From an uncultured Trueperaceae bacterium (lineage in GTDB: Bacteria; Deinococcota; Deinococci; Deinococcales; Trueperaceae), in assembly GCA_963727505.1 (NCBI GenBank), contig CAVSGP010000004.1, positions 736,001 to 800,000 of the forward strand: a stretch of DNA of 64,000 bases. Reading direction: 5' to 3'. Below are positions 50,099 to 61,945 of the stretch, piece by piece (position 1 is the stretch's first letter; the number at the start of each line of letters is the position of its first letter). The translations under genes and the position numbers were made by a program. The notes beneath the pieces were generated by a model. The model did not search any database, was not told the origin of the DNA, and was given only the letters and a program-made list of their open reading frames with translations.

Positions 50099-50854
50099 TC
50101 ACACCGAAGCCAGCGCCTCCACGGTCACGCCCTCCAGCGCCACCGGGCCCACCTTCTCGCCCGGGTACCAGAGCGTGCGCGACCGGAACCTACCCGCCGC
50201 CGGCGCGCGAAACACCTCGACCCAGCCGTTCTCCAGGTCGAGGAGCCAGACCTCCCCCACCTGTCCACGGGCGTACAGCGGAAGGCGCACGTCCTTGGAG
50301 GCCGGCGCGCGCACCACGTCGACCGCCAGGAGGGCTTCGCCCCCCGGGCGTGAAGCTGCACGGCCGAAGCGTGCCGACACGTCGAGCAACGCCAGGTCAG
50401 GGCGCAGCAGGTCCTGACGCGAGAGCCGCAGGGCGGGCAGGAACTCCAGCACCGCCCGCCCCAGCAGCAGCGGCTCGAGCCGCGAAGCCAGCCCCACCAC
50501 CGCCGCCACCTCGACCGCGCGCGGCAGCGGCGGCACCGCTACCCTCCCGTCGATCAGCTCGGCGCGCGGCCCCGCCGGCAACGACCCGGCCCTTTGCCGG
50601 GCCAGGAACTCCGCCACGCTGGTGCTCCCGCGCGTCGGAGGAGCCGAATCGGGATCCCCCGTGCCGACCGAACCCTGGGCCCCACCGGACCCAGGCACCT
50701 TGCCCGAGCGCCGCGCCGCACCGTCACCGGAAGCCTGTTCCGACCCGCCGCGCGGGTCGCCTCCCGCTTCGGTCCCCGCGCCCTCGCCCACACCCTGCCC
50801 TGCACCCTCCCCCGCGCCCCGTCCCTCGTGCTCTCCCGACCGCCTGGTTGCCAT
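50099..50854 (-). CDS. Uma2 family endonuclease-like protein (degenerate)
   Basis: RAELIDG, RPDLALL, LPLYARG.V.EVWLLDL..GWVEVFR motifs; Gly-rich N-terminal extension; start uncertain. Confidence 0.75.
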   Translation of the reverse strand: MATRRSGEHEGRGAGEGAGQGVGEGAGTEAGGDPRGGSEQASGDGAARRSGKVPGSGGAQGSVGTGDPDSAPPTRGSTSVAEFLARQRAGSLPAGPRAELIDGRVAVPPLPRAVEVAAVVGLASRLEPLLLGRAVLEFLPALRLSRQDLLRPDLALLDVSARFGRAASRPGGEALLAVDVVRAPASKDVRLPLYARGQVGEVWLLDLENGWVEVFRAPAAGRFRSRTLWYPGEKVGPVALEGVTVEALASV

Positions 50855-51001
50855 GCCCCGAGCATGCGCACCCCCGGAAGTTCTTGCACGCGCCGCCGGG
50901 AGCCGCGCCGACCGCTCCTGGGCCCGCGTCGCGCCCGAGCCGGGCGCTCCCAGCACCCGTGATACACTCCCGAGCGGGCGTCCGGAGGCCCTTCATTACC
51001 T

Positions 51002-54082
<3,081 letters not shown>

Positions 54083-54118
54083 CCGTCGGCCGGAGCCATC
54101 GCCTCGGAGGTTGGTGGT

Positions 54119-55951
54119 CTAGGGTTCCCGCTCGTCGACGCCGCCGTCGGCCGGAGCCTCGTCGACCGGCGCCTCGTCGGCGTCCCCTTCGGACGCGTCG
54201 GCACTGTCCGGTGCGGCCTGCAGCCATTCGGGTTCCCCCAGGCCGGTGAGGCGCTCCCGGCTACGGTTCGGGAACCGCCCACGCAGCGACGAGGCGTAAT
54301 CGGCCAGGTTGGCCAGGCCGTCGCCGACCGGCAGACGCAGGCAGAACTCGCCCTGCCCGACGCGAGCCACCAGGTGGAAGGGGGCCTCCGTGAGGCGCTC
54401 CAGCACCTTCAGCACCACGTCGCGGCTGAGCGTGCCCCCGCCCGCCAGGTCCTCCAGCAGGAACACCGTGGGAGCGCGCAGGCCCGCCAGGTGCGTGAGC
54501 ACTTCGGAGAAGGCGCCACGCTCCGCCACGAGCGTCGCCACGTTCTTCTCGAAGCGTTCCAGGCCGTGTCCGAAGAGCCCCTCGCGCTCGAAGTGCAGCT
54601 CCAGATCGAAGGGGCTGACGGGCACGCTCTGGCTCAGGGTGCGCGCCCGGTGGAGCCCTTCCCACGACCACAGCGTGGCGCGGGCGAGCTCGGCCGGCGC
54701 CTGCAGGCGCTGCAGGTCTCGGCGGTCGCCGAACACCGACAGGTAACGCGCGCCGGCCTCGCGCCGCCGCGCCAGCAGCGCGGCCCAGTCGAGGCGCTGC
54801 CCGTAGCCAAGTGCGAACACCAGCGCGGTGTAGCCGCGCCTGCCGAGCTCGGCGTGCACCATGAGCTGGCCCTGGCCGAGCGCCTCCACCCGGAACCCGA
54901 ACGCCTGGAGCAGCTCGCGCGCGCGGCCGACGTGCTGCAGGTCGATCTCGTCGTCGTCGTCTGCGTCGTGGGTCAGGGCGGCATCACCCGGGAACACCGT
55001 CGCCGCGCGCGGCGGCGCGCGCCGCTCCCGGACGGACGGCGAAGCGGCGTGCGACGCCACGTTCTCCTCCGCTTCGGTCGCCGGCGGAGGCGTCGGCGGC
55101 GGTGGAGTCCGCCCGAGCTCCGGAACGTCGCCTACAGGCAACGCGCCGGCTCCCTGGCTACCTTCCTCCACGGCATCGGGCGCACCTCCCCCGGAGTCAC
55201 GCCACGGCGTCGGCTCCCCGGTCTGCCAGGGATCCTGCCACGTCGACTGCCAGAGCGCCTCCTGGCGGGCCTCGCCGGGGCCCTCCGGCGCCGCTCGGGC
55301 AGCCGTTTCGGCGCCGCCGTCGTCCGCGACCGGGCGCTCATGCGCCTCCCGGGCGGGCGGTTGCGGCGCCGTGACCGGCACGCCGACCGGCGCGGCGGCG
55401 ACGTGCCCTTGCGCCTTGCTGCCAGCTCTCTGCCGCGAGGCGCGACGCTGCGCCTCCTCCTCGTCGATCCTTCGCTCCAGCGCTGCGCGGGCATGCCAAC
55501 GCCCCTCGAAGAAGACGAAACGATCGTCGACCTCCAAGAGGCCGCGCAGGTCGAAGTCCTCCGGGAGGTCGGGGTACAGCGCCCGCACCTCGGTCTCGTT
55601 GGCCGCCAGCTCCGCCTCCGCCAATTCGTCGAGTAGCGCAGCCACGGCGCCGGGGCGCGCGTAGTCGGGCTTGCGGGCGCGCGGAAGCGGCGTGAACGCG
55701 AAGCGCCCGTCCTCCAGGGGACGGATCAAGAGCTCGTCATTGACGTCGAGGTCGTGAACGGCGAAGAACTCGTCGAGACCGGTAACGGTGCGGGGCCCGG
55801 TGGCCAGCAGCTCCAGTGCGACGTCCCGTCGCGTGTCGACGGCGGCGATGGCTCCGTCCTCGGGGAACAGACCGAGCATCGTTCGCGGCAGCGTGAGCGC
55901 TCCGTTGCGCAGGCAATGGCGCGTCAACGGATAGCGATACTCCTGGTCCAT
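54119..55951 (-). CDS. Multi-domain hypothetical protein
   Basis: Long ORF with GAGGGG RBS; globular N- and C-terminal regions separated by a Pro/Ala/Glu-rich linker. Confidence 0.75.
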   Translation of the reverse strand: MDQEYRYPLTRHCLRNGALTLPRTMLGLFPEDGAIAAVDTRRDVALELLATGPRTVTGLDEFFAVHDLDVNDELLIRPLEDGRFAFTPLPRARKPDYARPGAVAALLDELAEAELAANETEVRALYPDLPEDFDLRGLLEVDDRFVFFEGRWHARAALERRIDEEEAQRRASRQRAGSKAQGHVAAAPVGVPVTAPQPPAREAHERPVADDGGAETAARAAPEGPGEARQEALWQSTWQDPWQTGEPTPWRDSGGGAPDAVEEGSQGAGALPVGDVPELGRTPPPPTPPPATEAEENVASHAASPSVRERRAPPRAATVFPGDAALTHDADDDDEIDLQHVGRARELLQAFGFRVEALGQGQLMVHAELGRRGYTALVFALGYGQRLDWAALLARRREAGARYLSVFGDRRDLQRLQAPAELARATLWSWEGLHRARTLSQSVPVSPFDLELHFEREGLFGHGLERFEKNVATLVAERGAFSEVLTHLAGLRAPTVFLLEDLAGGGTLSRDVVLKVLERLTEAPFHLVARVGQGEFCLRLPVGDGLANLADYASSLRGRFPNRSRERLTGLGEPEWLQAAPDSADASEGDADEAPVDEAPADGGVDEREP

Positions 55952-56080
55952 GCGTCCCCTCACACGTTCGGTCATGCAACCGGCAGAGGCTGGCCTGCCC
56001 CGCGAGCGTTTCGCGCTCGCCCGTGGGACCATGTCCGGGCAGGCATTGTCATCATTTCGGCAAGTGTAACAGAAGGTCCG

Positions 56081-56281
56081 TCAGTCGTCGTGACGCTCGC
56101 CCCGCAGCTTCTCGACGTTGCGTCGGAACACTTCCAGGCTCGGGAAGCCCGTGGGGCGCATCACGCCGCCTGGTACTCCGCGATGCCCGCAAGCGGGGCA
56201 GGTGACGTCGTCGTCCATGGTGGCATCGGACGGGAACACCTGCCCGCACTCGGCGCACCGCACGTGAGGCGTCATGGCCAT
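56081..56281 (-). CDS. Small zinc-ribbon protein
   Basis: AGGAGG RBS; CAEC…CPAC motif; 66 aa. Confidence 0.7.
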   Translation of the reverse strand: MAMTPHVRCAECGQVFPSDATMDDDVTCPACGHRGVPGGVMRPTGFPSLEVFRRNVEKLRGERHDD

Positions 56282-56367
56282 GGGGGTCCTCCTTGCAGTA
56301 ACAGCGCGTGCGCGCCCGGAGGCCGAGCCGCCTTGCGGCGTCTCCGGGCGCGCACGCGACACGCGCG

Positions 56368-59244
56368 TCAGTCCTTGCCGCTGCCGCCGAACACCAGGCG
56401 GCGGCGCTTCCGGCGCGGCTGCTCGCCCTGGGCCGGCGTGCCGGGTTGCGCAGCCGGCGCCTTGGGGGCGGACTTGTCAGCGCCCGCGTCGCCCCGGGCC
56501 GAGCCGCGACGTCCGCTCTTGCCCGAGCCGCCCGCTGCAGCACCGCTCTCCGCTTCGCCGGAGGCCGGGGTGCCGGCCGCACCGGCGCCCTTTCCCGAGC
56601 GCCGACGCCGGCTGCGCCTGGCCGCGGACTTGGTCGCGGGCTTGGCGTCCCCGTCGTCGGACGGAGCCGGCGCCGCGGGCGTTTCGGCCTTCGCAGCCGC
56701 CGCCTTGGCGCCCGACTTGGCACCGCCGCGTCGGGAGCGCCGCGAAGACGTCGTCTTCTCGCCGGCGTCCTTCGCCTCCGCACTCTTCGTACCAGCGCCC
56801 TTCGTACCAGCACCCTTCGTACCAGCACCCTTGGCTTCGCCGGCCTGTTCGACGGGGCCCTTCGCGTCAGCGCCCTTCGTACCAGCGCCCTTCGTACCAG
56901 CGCCCTTGGCGCCGCTCTTCGAGCGGCCGCGCGAGCTCGACGCCGCAGCCTTCGCCTTCGTCGTCGTCTTCGACCCGGACGCGGTCGCCGCCTTGCCGCC
57001 ACGCTTGGCACGGCCGTTGCCGCTCGCCTGCGCGCCCTCTTCGGCCGTGAACGCCGAAGGCGCCTTGAGCGTCTTGGGTGGCTTCTGCCGGACGGGCTTG
57101 TCTTCGACCTCCACCTCCGGCATCTCCATGCTGGCCGGGATGAGGTCGATCTGCCGCTGCGTGGGGTTCGCCTGGAACACCTTCACTTCGACCCGGTCGC
57201 CCATGCGGTAGCGCTTGCGGGTGTGCTTGCCCATCAGCATGAGGGCGTCCTCGAGGTAGATGTAGTAGTCGTCGTCCAGGTGGGAGACGTGCATCAACCC
57301 CTCGACGCCGTTGGGGAGGCTGACGAAGACGCCGAAGTTGGTCACGCCGCTCACCACGCCGTGGAAGGCTTCGCCGATGTGGTCCTTCGCCCAGCGCGCG
57401 TGGTAGTACCGACTCAGATCGCGCTCGGCGCTCTCGGCGCGGCGTTCCCGGTCACTCGACTGCTCCGCCAGCTTGGGGAAGTCGGTCTTGAGCCGCTCCT
57501 TGAGCGTCGGCGACAGGCGGTGCTGCAGAAGCGCGCGCATCACGCGGTGCACCACCAGGTCGGGGTAGCGCCGGATCGGGCTGGTGAAATGCAGGTAGTT
57601 GTCGAACGCCAGTCCGAAGTGGCCCAGATTCTCCGAGCTGTAGCGCGCCTGCTTGAGGCTGCGCAGCAGCAGGGTGTTGACGATCTGCGCCTCGGGCTTG
57701 CCGGCCGCCTCCCGCAGGATGCGCTGCAGGTCCTGCGGACGGGCCTTCTCGAGGTCGAGCGTGTAGCCGAGGCGCGCCAGCGCCTTCTGCAGGGCCTGCA
57801 CCTTCTCCACGCTGGGGTCCTCGTGCACCCGGAACAGCGCCGGTACGTCTCGCTTGTCGAGCTCCTCGGCCACCAGCCGGTTCGCCAGCAGCATCATCTC
57901 CTCGATGAGCTGGCGCGCGGTGTTGCTGCGCACGGGGGTGAGGTGCAACGCGCCCTGCTCGTCGACATCCACCTTGGCCTCGGTGAAGTCGAAGTCGAGC
58001 GCGCCCGCCCCGATGCGCTGCTTGCGGAGCTCCTGGCTCAGGTTGATGAGCACCTTGATGTCGCGCTCCAGCTTGCGCTTGCCGTGGGGCAGGCGCCCGC
58101 CGTCGCTGTAGTCCTGCACCTGTTCGTAGGTGAGGCGCGCATCGGATTCGATGACGGTCTCGCGGAAGCGCACGCCCTTGACCTCACCCGCCCGGGTGAT
58201 GTCGACGAACACCGACAGGGCCAGCCGCGGCTCTCCCTCCACCAGCGAGCAGATGCCGTTGGAGAGCGTCTCGGGCAGCATGGGCAGGGTGCGGCCGGGC
58301 AGGTAGACGCTGGTGGCACGCTCCTGCGCCTCGTCGTCGAGGCTGGTGCCCTCCGCCACGTAGTACGAGACGTCGGCGATGTGCACGCCGACGCGCAGCA
58401 TGCCGTCCTTGCCGCTGCCCTTGAGCCGTTCCAGCGAGAGGGCGTCGTCGAAGTCCTTGGCGTCCTCGCCGTCGATGGTGAAGGTGGGGTTGTGGCGGTA
58501 GTCGGTGCGGCCCGCCATCATCTCACCGTCCACCGTGGGAGGCACCGCCTTCGACTCGGCTTCGGTGTCCGCGTCGAACTCCGCCTTGAGGCCGTACTTC
58601 ACGATCACGGCCTTGGTCTCCACCTCGGGATCGTCGCCGGCGCCGAGGAACTCCTCGACCTCGCCGAAGGGTTCCTTCTCCCCCGAAGTCTCGGGCCACG
58701 CCATGCGGGCCACGATCCTCGAGCCGCCCTCGAGCTTGCCCACCGACTCGGGCGTCAGCAGGATGCGCTCGCGCAGGCGCGGCGAGTCGGGCCGCAGGAT
58801 GGCGTAGCCACGCGCGTACTCCAGCGTCCCTACCACCTGAGCGTAGCCGCGCTCCAGGATGCGCACGATCTCGCCGCTCTGACGGTCGTCCTCGCTAGAC
58901 GTGGTGTTGGGGCGGGCAACCACGCGGTCGCCGTCCCAGGCGCCGGCCAGCTTGTTCGCCGGGATGAAGAGGTCCTTGCCCTCACCGCTGTCGGAGATGA
59001 CGAAACCGTAACCGCCCGAGGCGACCTGTAGCTTGCCGATGAAGAGGTTCATCTCCTGCGGCAAGCCGAAGCTGCGCCTGCGGGTACGGATCAATCGGCC
59101 CTCGTCGGCGAGCTCTCCCAGAAGCTTCCTCAGGGCGTTGCGGTCGTCGATATTCAGGTGCTTCTGCACGTCCTGGACATGCCAAGGGTGCTCCGGATTG
59201 CTCCGGAAGAAGGTGAACACCTGTTCCTTGTCGAGTTCTGCCAT
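56368..59244 (-). CDS. rnr: Ribonuclease R
   Basis: N-terminal HTH, cold-shock domains, TIDGEDAKDFDDA, HFTSPIRRYPD, S1 domain and basic tail. Confidence 0.97.
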   Translation of the reverse strand: MAELDKEQVFTFFRSNPEHPWHVQDVQKHLNIDDRNALRKLLGELADEGRLIRTRRRSFGLPQEMNLFIGKLQVASGGYGFVISDSGEGKDLFIPANKLAGAWDGDRVVARPNTTSSEDDRQSGEIVRILERGYAQVVGTLEYARGYAILRPDSPRLRERILLTPESVGKLEGGSRIVARMAWPETSGEKEPFGEVEEFLGAGDDPEVETKAVIVKYGLKAEFDADTEAESKAVPPTVDGEMMAGRTDYRHNPTFTIDGEDAKDFDDALSLERLKGSGKDGMLRVGVHIADVSYYVAEGTSLDDEAQERATSVYLPGRTLPMLPETLSNGICSLVEGEPRLALSVFVDITRAGEVKGVRFRETVIESDARLTYEQVQDYSDGGRLPHGKRKLERDIKVLINLSQELRKQRIGAGALDFDFTEAKVDVDEQGALHLTPVRSNTARQLIEEMMLLANRLVAEELDKRDVPALFRVHEDPSVEKVQALQKALARLGYTLDLEKARPQDLQRILREAAGKPEAQIVNTLLLRSLKQARYSSENLGHFGLAFDNYLHFTSPIRRYPDLVVHRVMRALLQHRLSPTLKERLKTDFPKLAEQSSDRERRAESAERDLSRYYHARWAKDHIGEAFHGVVSGVTNFGVFVSLPNGVEGLMHVSHLDDDYYIYLEDALMLMGKHTRKRYRMGDRVEVKVFQANPTQRQIDLIPASMEMPEVEVEDKPVRQKPPKTLKAPSAFTAEEGAQASGNGRAKRGGKAATASGSKTTTKAKAAASSSRGRSKSGAKGAGTKGAGTKGADAKGPVEQAGEAKGAGTKGAGTKGAGTKSAEAKDAGEKTTSSRRSRRGGAKSGAKAAAAKAETPAAPAPSDDGDAKPATKSAARRSRRRRSGKGAGAAGTPASGEAESGAAAGGSGKSGRRGSARGDAGADKSAPKAPAAQPGTPAQGEQPRRKRRRLVFGGSGKD
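56785..56908. repeat. 15-bp coding tandem repeats (KGAGT) in the RNase R tail
   Basis: CCCTTCGTACCAGC(G/A) units in two blocks of about three. Confidence 0.85.
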
Positions 59245-59333
59245 TGCTGCAAGTGTAGCCCGTGAGCGACCAACACCCCGTCGGCAACGCCGCCCCGGTG
59301 TCGGCTACCTGGGCCGCGGGCCGATTCGGGACG

Positions 59334-59349
59334 TTCAGCTCTGACTGAA
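59334..59349. promoter_or_regulatory. Palindromic candidate operator TTCAG-N6-CTGAA
   Basis: TTCAGctctgaCTGAA just upstream of the MarR/GbsR gene. Confidence 0.5.
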
Positions 59350-59393
59350 ACCTGCAAAATGGGCATAGGCTGGACCGCCAGGGAGGGGTCATC

Positions 59394-59909
59394 ATCGAAC
59401 GACGTGCCCCCGACGAACGCCGGGGCCTGCTCACCCTCATCGAGGAGCTCGGGCTCACCTTCGAAGCACAAGGCATGCCGCGCATGGCCGGACGCATCGT
59501 CGGCGCGCTGCTGGTGGCCGACCCCCCCGAGCAATCCGCCGACAAGCTCGCCGATACCCTGCATGCCAGCCGCAGCTCGATCAGCACGATGACCCGGCTG
59601 CTGGAGCGCACCGGCCTGATCGATCGGGTCAGCATGCCCGGGGACCGCAGGCTCTACTACCGCAACCGCCCGGACGCCTGGCACCAGCGCACGCTCGACG
59701 GCATGGACCCTATCCGCCACATGCGCTCGCTTGCCGAGAAGGGCCTGCACCTCATGGACGGCGCCTCCGCGGAGGTCCTGCAGGGGCTGGTGGACATGTA
59801 CCAGTTCTACGCCTACTGGGAGCGCGAGATGCCTCGCATGATCGATGCCTGGAGGGAGGCGAAGGACCGCGGGGAGCTGCCCGAGCCGCCCACGGATCGC
59901 GCGCCATGA
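59394..59909 (+). CDS. GbsR/MarR family transcriptional regulator (apparent ATC start)
   Basis: LIEELGLTFEAQGMPRMAGRIVGALL…LHASRSSIST..R.L…PGDRR.YY; conserved-looking N-terminus lies upstream of the first ATG (59475). Confidence 0.85.
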   Translation: MERRAPDERRGLLTLIEELGLTFEAQGMPRMAGRIVGALLVADPPEQSADKLADTLHASRSSISTMTRLLERTGLIDRVSMPGDRRLYYRNRPDAWHQRTLDGMDPIRHMRSLAEKGLHLMDGASAEVLQGLVDMYQFYAYWEREMPRMIDAWREAKDRGELPEPPTDRAP

Positions 59910-61156
59910 CTCCGACCTCACGGCGAGCCCACGGCCTCGCCAGCCTGGCGCGCCTAGCCTGGCGCAACCTCTTTCGCCATCGACGTCGCACGTTGCTGCT
60001 GGTCGTGGTGGTGGCCTACGCCACCCTCGCCATCATCTTCTTCTGGGGCTTCACCGACGGTTTCCTCGACTCGATCATGAACGCCCAGGGTCGCCTCGTG
60101 GCGGCGCCCGTGCTCGTCACGACCGAGGCCTATCACGGCGACCCGGATCCCTCCAACGCGCTCGCCGACCCCGCCTCGCTGGAGACCCTCGCCCTGCAGG
60201 ACCCGCGCGTGCACGCCGCCGCCCCGCGCATCGACTTCGGCGCGCTGCTGCGCTCGCCCTACACCATGGAGGGGGTCATGGCCCGGGGCGTCGACCCCAC
60301 GCGTGAAGGACGGGTCTCCGACCTGCCGCGCAGCGTCGCCGCGGGCCGCATGCTTCAGGGACCCGGCGAGATCGTGTTGGGGCAGGGCCTGGCAGAGCGC
60401 CTCGACGTGCGCCTGGGGGAGCGCGTCGCCGTCGACGCCTCCGCACTGGCCGGGCCTCAGGCGCTGGGGCTGCGCCTGGTGGGGCTCATCGACGCGGGCA
60501 CTGCGGCCGTCGATGACCACGTTGCGCTGGTGGACCTTGCCGACGCCCGCATGCTGACCGGCGTGAGCGGCGCTACCGGCGTCGCCCTCGACGTGCCACT
60601 AGGGCAGGAGACCGCGGCCGCGGCCGCCGTCAACGAACGTCTGAGCGGCAGCGCGCACGCCTTCGCGGTAGGCGAGCTGCTCGGCGCGCTTCAGCGGGGG
60701 CTCGCCGCCGAGCGCATCCAGATGATCCCCATGGGTCTGCTGTTCTCGCTCTTCGCCGCCGTCGCCGTCACCACCACCGTTGTCGTGAGCGTGCTCGAGC
60801 GCATCCGCGAGTTCGGCGTCATCGTGGCGCTGGGCCTCGATCAGGCCAGCCTCGCCTGGCTGGTCACCTTCGAGTCGGTCTTCTCCACCGCACTGGGCTG
60901 GCTGGCGGGACTGGTGCTCGGCTACGGCCTGCTCTGGGTCATGAGCGTGACCAACGCTCTGGGCAGCTTCATCAACAGCTTCTACGGCGACCTGCTGCAG
61001 GGGCTTGCCCTCACCGACCAGGTACGCGCCGGCATCCGGCCCGAATACGCCCTCTTCGCCTCCATCACCATCGCGCTGGCAGCGCTGTTCTCCGCGCTGG
61101 CGCCGGCACGGCGGGTGCGCCGGCTCAACCCCGCCGACGCCATGCGCACGGAGTGA
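59906..61156 (+). CDS. ABC transporter permease (FtsX/LolE-like)
   Basis: LAWRNL.R..RR, GVDP, LGQGLA..L…G and SVLERIREFG motifs. Confidence 0.92.
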   Translation: MTPTSRRAHGLASLARLAWRNLFRHRRRTLLLVVVVAYATLAIIFFWGFTDGFLDSIMNAQGRLVAAPVLVTTEAYHGDPDPSNALADPASLETLALQDPRVHAAAPRIDFGALLRSPYTMEGVMARGVDPTREGRVSDLPRSVAAGRMLQGPGEIVLGQGLAERLDVRLGERVAVDASALAGPQALGLRLVGLIDAGTAAVDDHVALVDLADARMLTGVSGATGVALDVPLGQETAAAAAVNERLSGSAHAFAVGELLGALQRGLAAERIQMIPMGLLFSLFAAVAVTTTVVVSVLERIREFGVIVALGLDQASLAWLVTFESVFSTALGWLAGLVLGYGLLWVMSVTNALGSFINSFYGDLLQGLALTDQVRAGIRPEYALFASITIALAALFSALAPARRVRRLNPADAMRTE

Positions 61157-61169
61157 AAGGACGGCCACC

Positions 61170-61943
61170 ATGGCCCGCTCGATGATCAGGACGCTCCTGT
61201 TTGCCGCTCTGCTCGCCGTCGCCAGCTTCGGCCTGACCCAGGGCGAGGGCACGACAACCACCGACGCCCTCACCGCCCAGGGCGTCCTGGACGGCGTGGT
61301 CGAGAACCTGCGCGGCGTCAGCCAGTGGGCGACGCTGCAGCTCACGGTCGAGCGCCCTCAGCGCACCACCGATTACGTCATGGAGATCGTCACCGACGGC
61401 GACAAGCGCTCGCTGGCGCGGGTCACCGCGCCGCCACGGGAGGCCGGCCAGGCCTTCCTCTCGATCGACACCAACCTCCTGATCTACAACCCGCGTCTCG
61501 GGCGCAGCCTGCGCCTGCCGCCGTCGGGCCGCAGCAACGCCTTCCTCGGCTCCGACCTCTCCTACGATGACCTCGCCGGCGAGGAGTACCGCGACCAGTA
61601 CGACGCCACCATCGCAGGACGCGACGCCGACGCCATCACCCTCGACCTGACGCCCCACCCCGAAGCGCCCACCCCCTACGGCAAGTTGGAGTTCCGGGTG
61701 CAACCCGCCACCTACGCCCCGCTCACCCTTACCTACTTCGACCAGCGCGGCAACGCCGTGAAGCGCATGAGCTTCTCGGACTTCAAGGCGGTCGACGGCA
61801 GGACGGTGCCCGAGCGCTTCGAGGTCGTCGACCTGCTCAAGGACGGCTACCGCACCATCGCCGCCTGGACCCGGGTCGATTATTCAACGCCGGTACCGGA
61901 CGCCTGCTTCACCGAGGCCGCGCTGGAACGGGGCTGCCGCTAG
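61170..61943 (+). CDS. Outer membrane lipoprotein-sorting (LolA-like) protein
   Basis: Signal peptide; P.REAGQAFL, YNP, FLGSDLSYDDL and FT..AL motifs. Confidence 0.85.
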   Translation: MARSMIRTLLFAALLAVASFGLTQGEGTTTTDALTAQGVLDGVVENLRGVSQWATLQLTVERPQRTTDYVMEIVTDGDKRSLARVTAPPREAGQAFLSIDTNLLIYNPRLGRSLRLPPSGRSNAFLGSDLSYDDLAGEEYRDQYDATIAGRDADAITLDLTPHPEAPTPYGKLEFRVQPATYAPLTLTYFDQRGNAVKRMSFSDFKAVDGRTVPERFEVVDLLKDGYRTIAAWTRVDYSTPVPDACFTEAALERGCR

Positions 61944-61945
61944 CC

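Noticed and set aside
56081..56281. LysW amino-group carrier protein
   Set aside because: No C-terminal EDWGE and not in a lys/arg cluster; the arg genes here are of the acetyl (ArgJ) type
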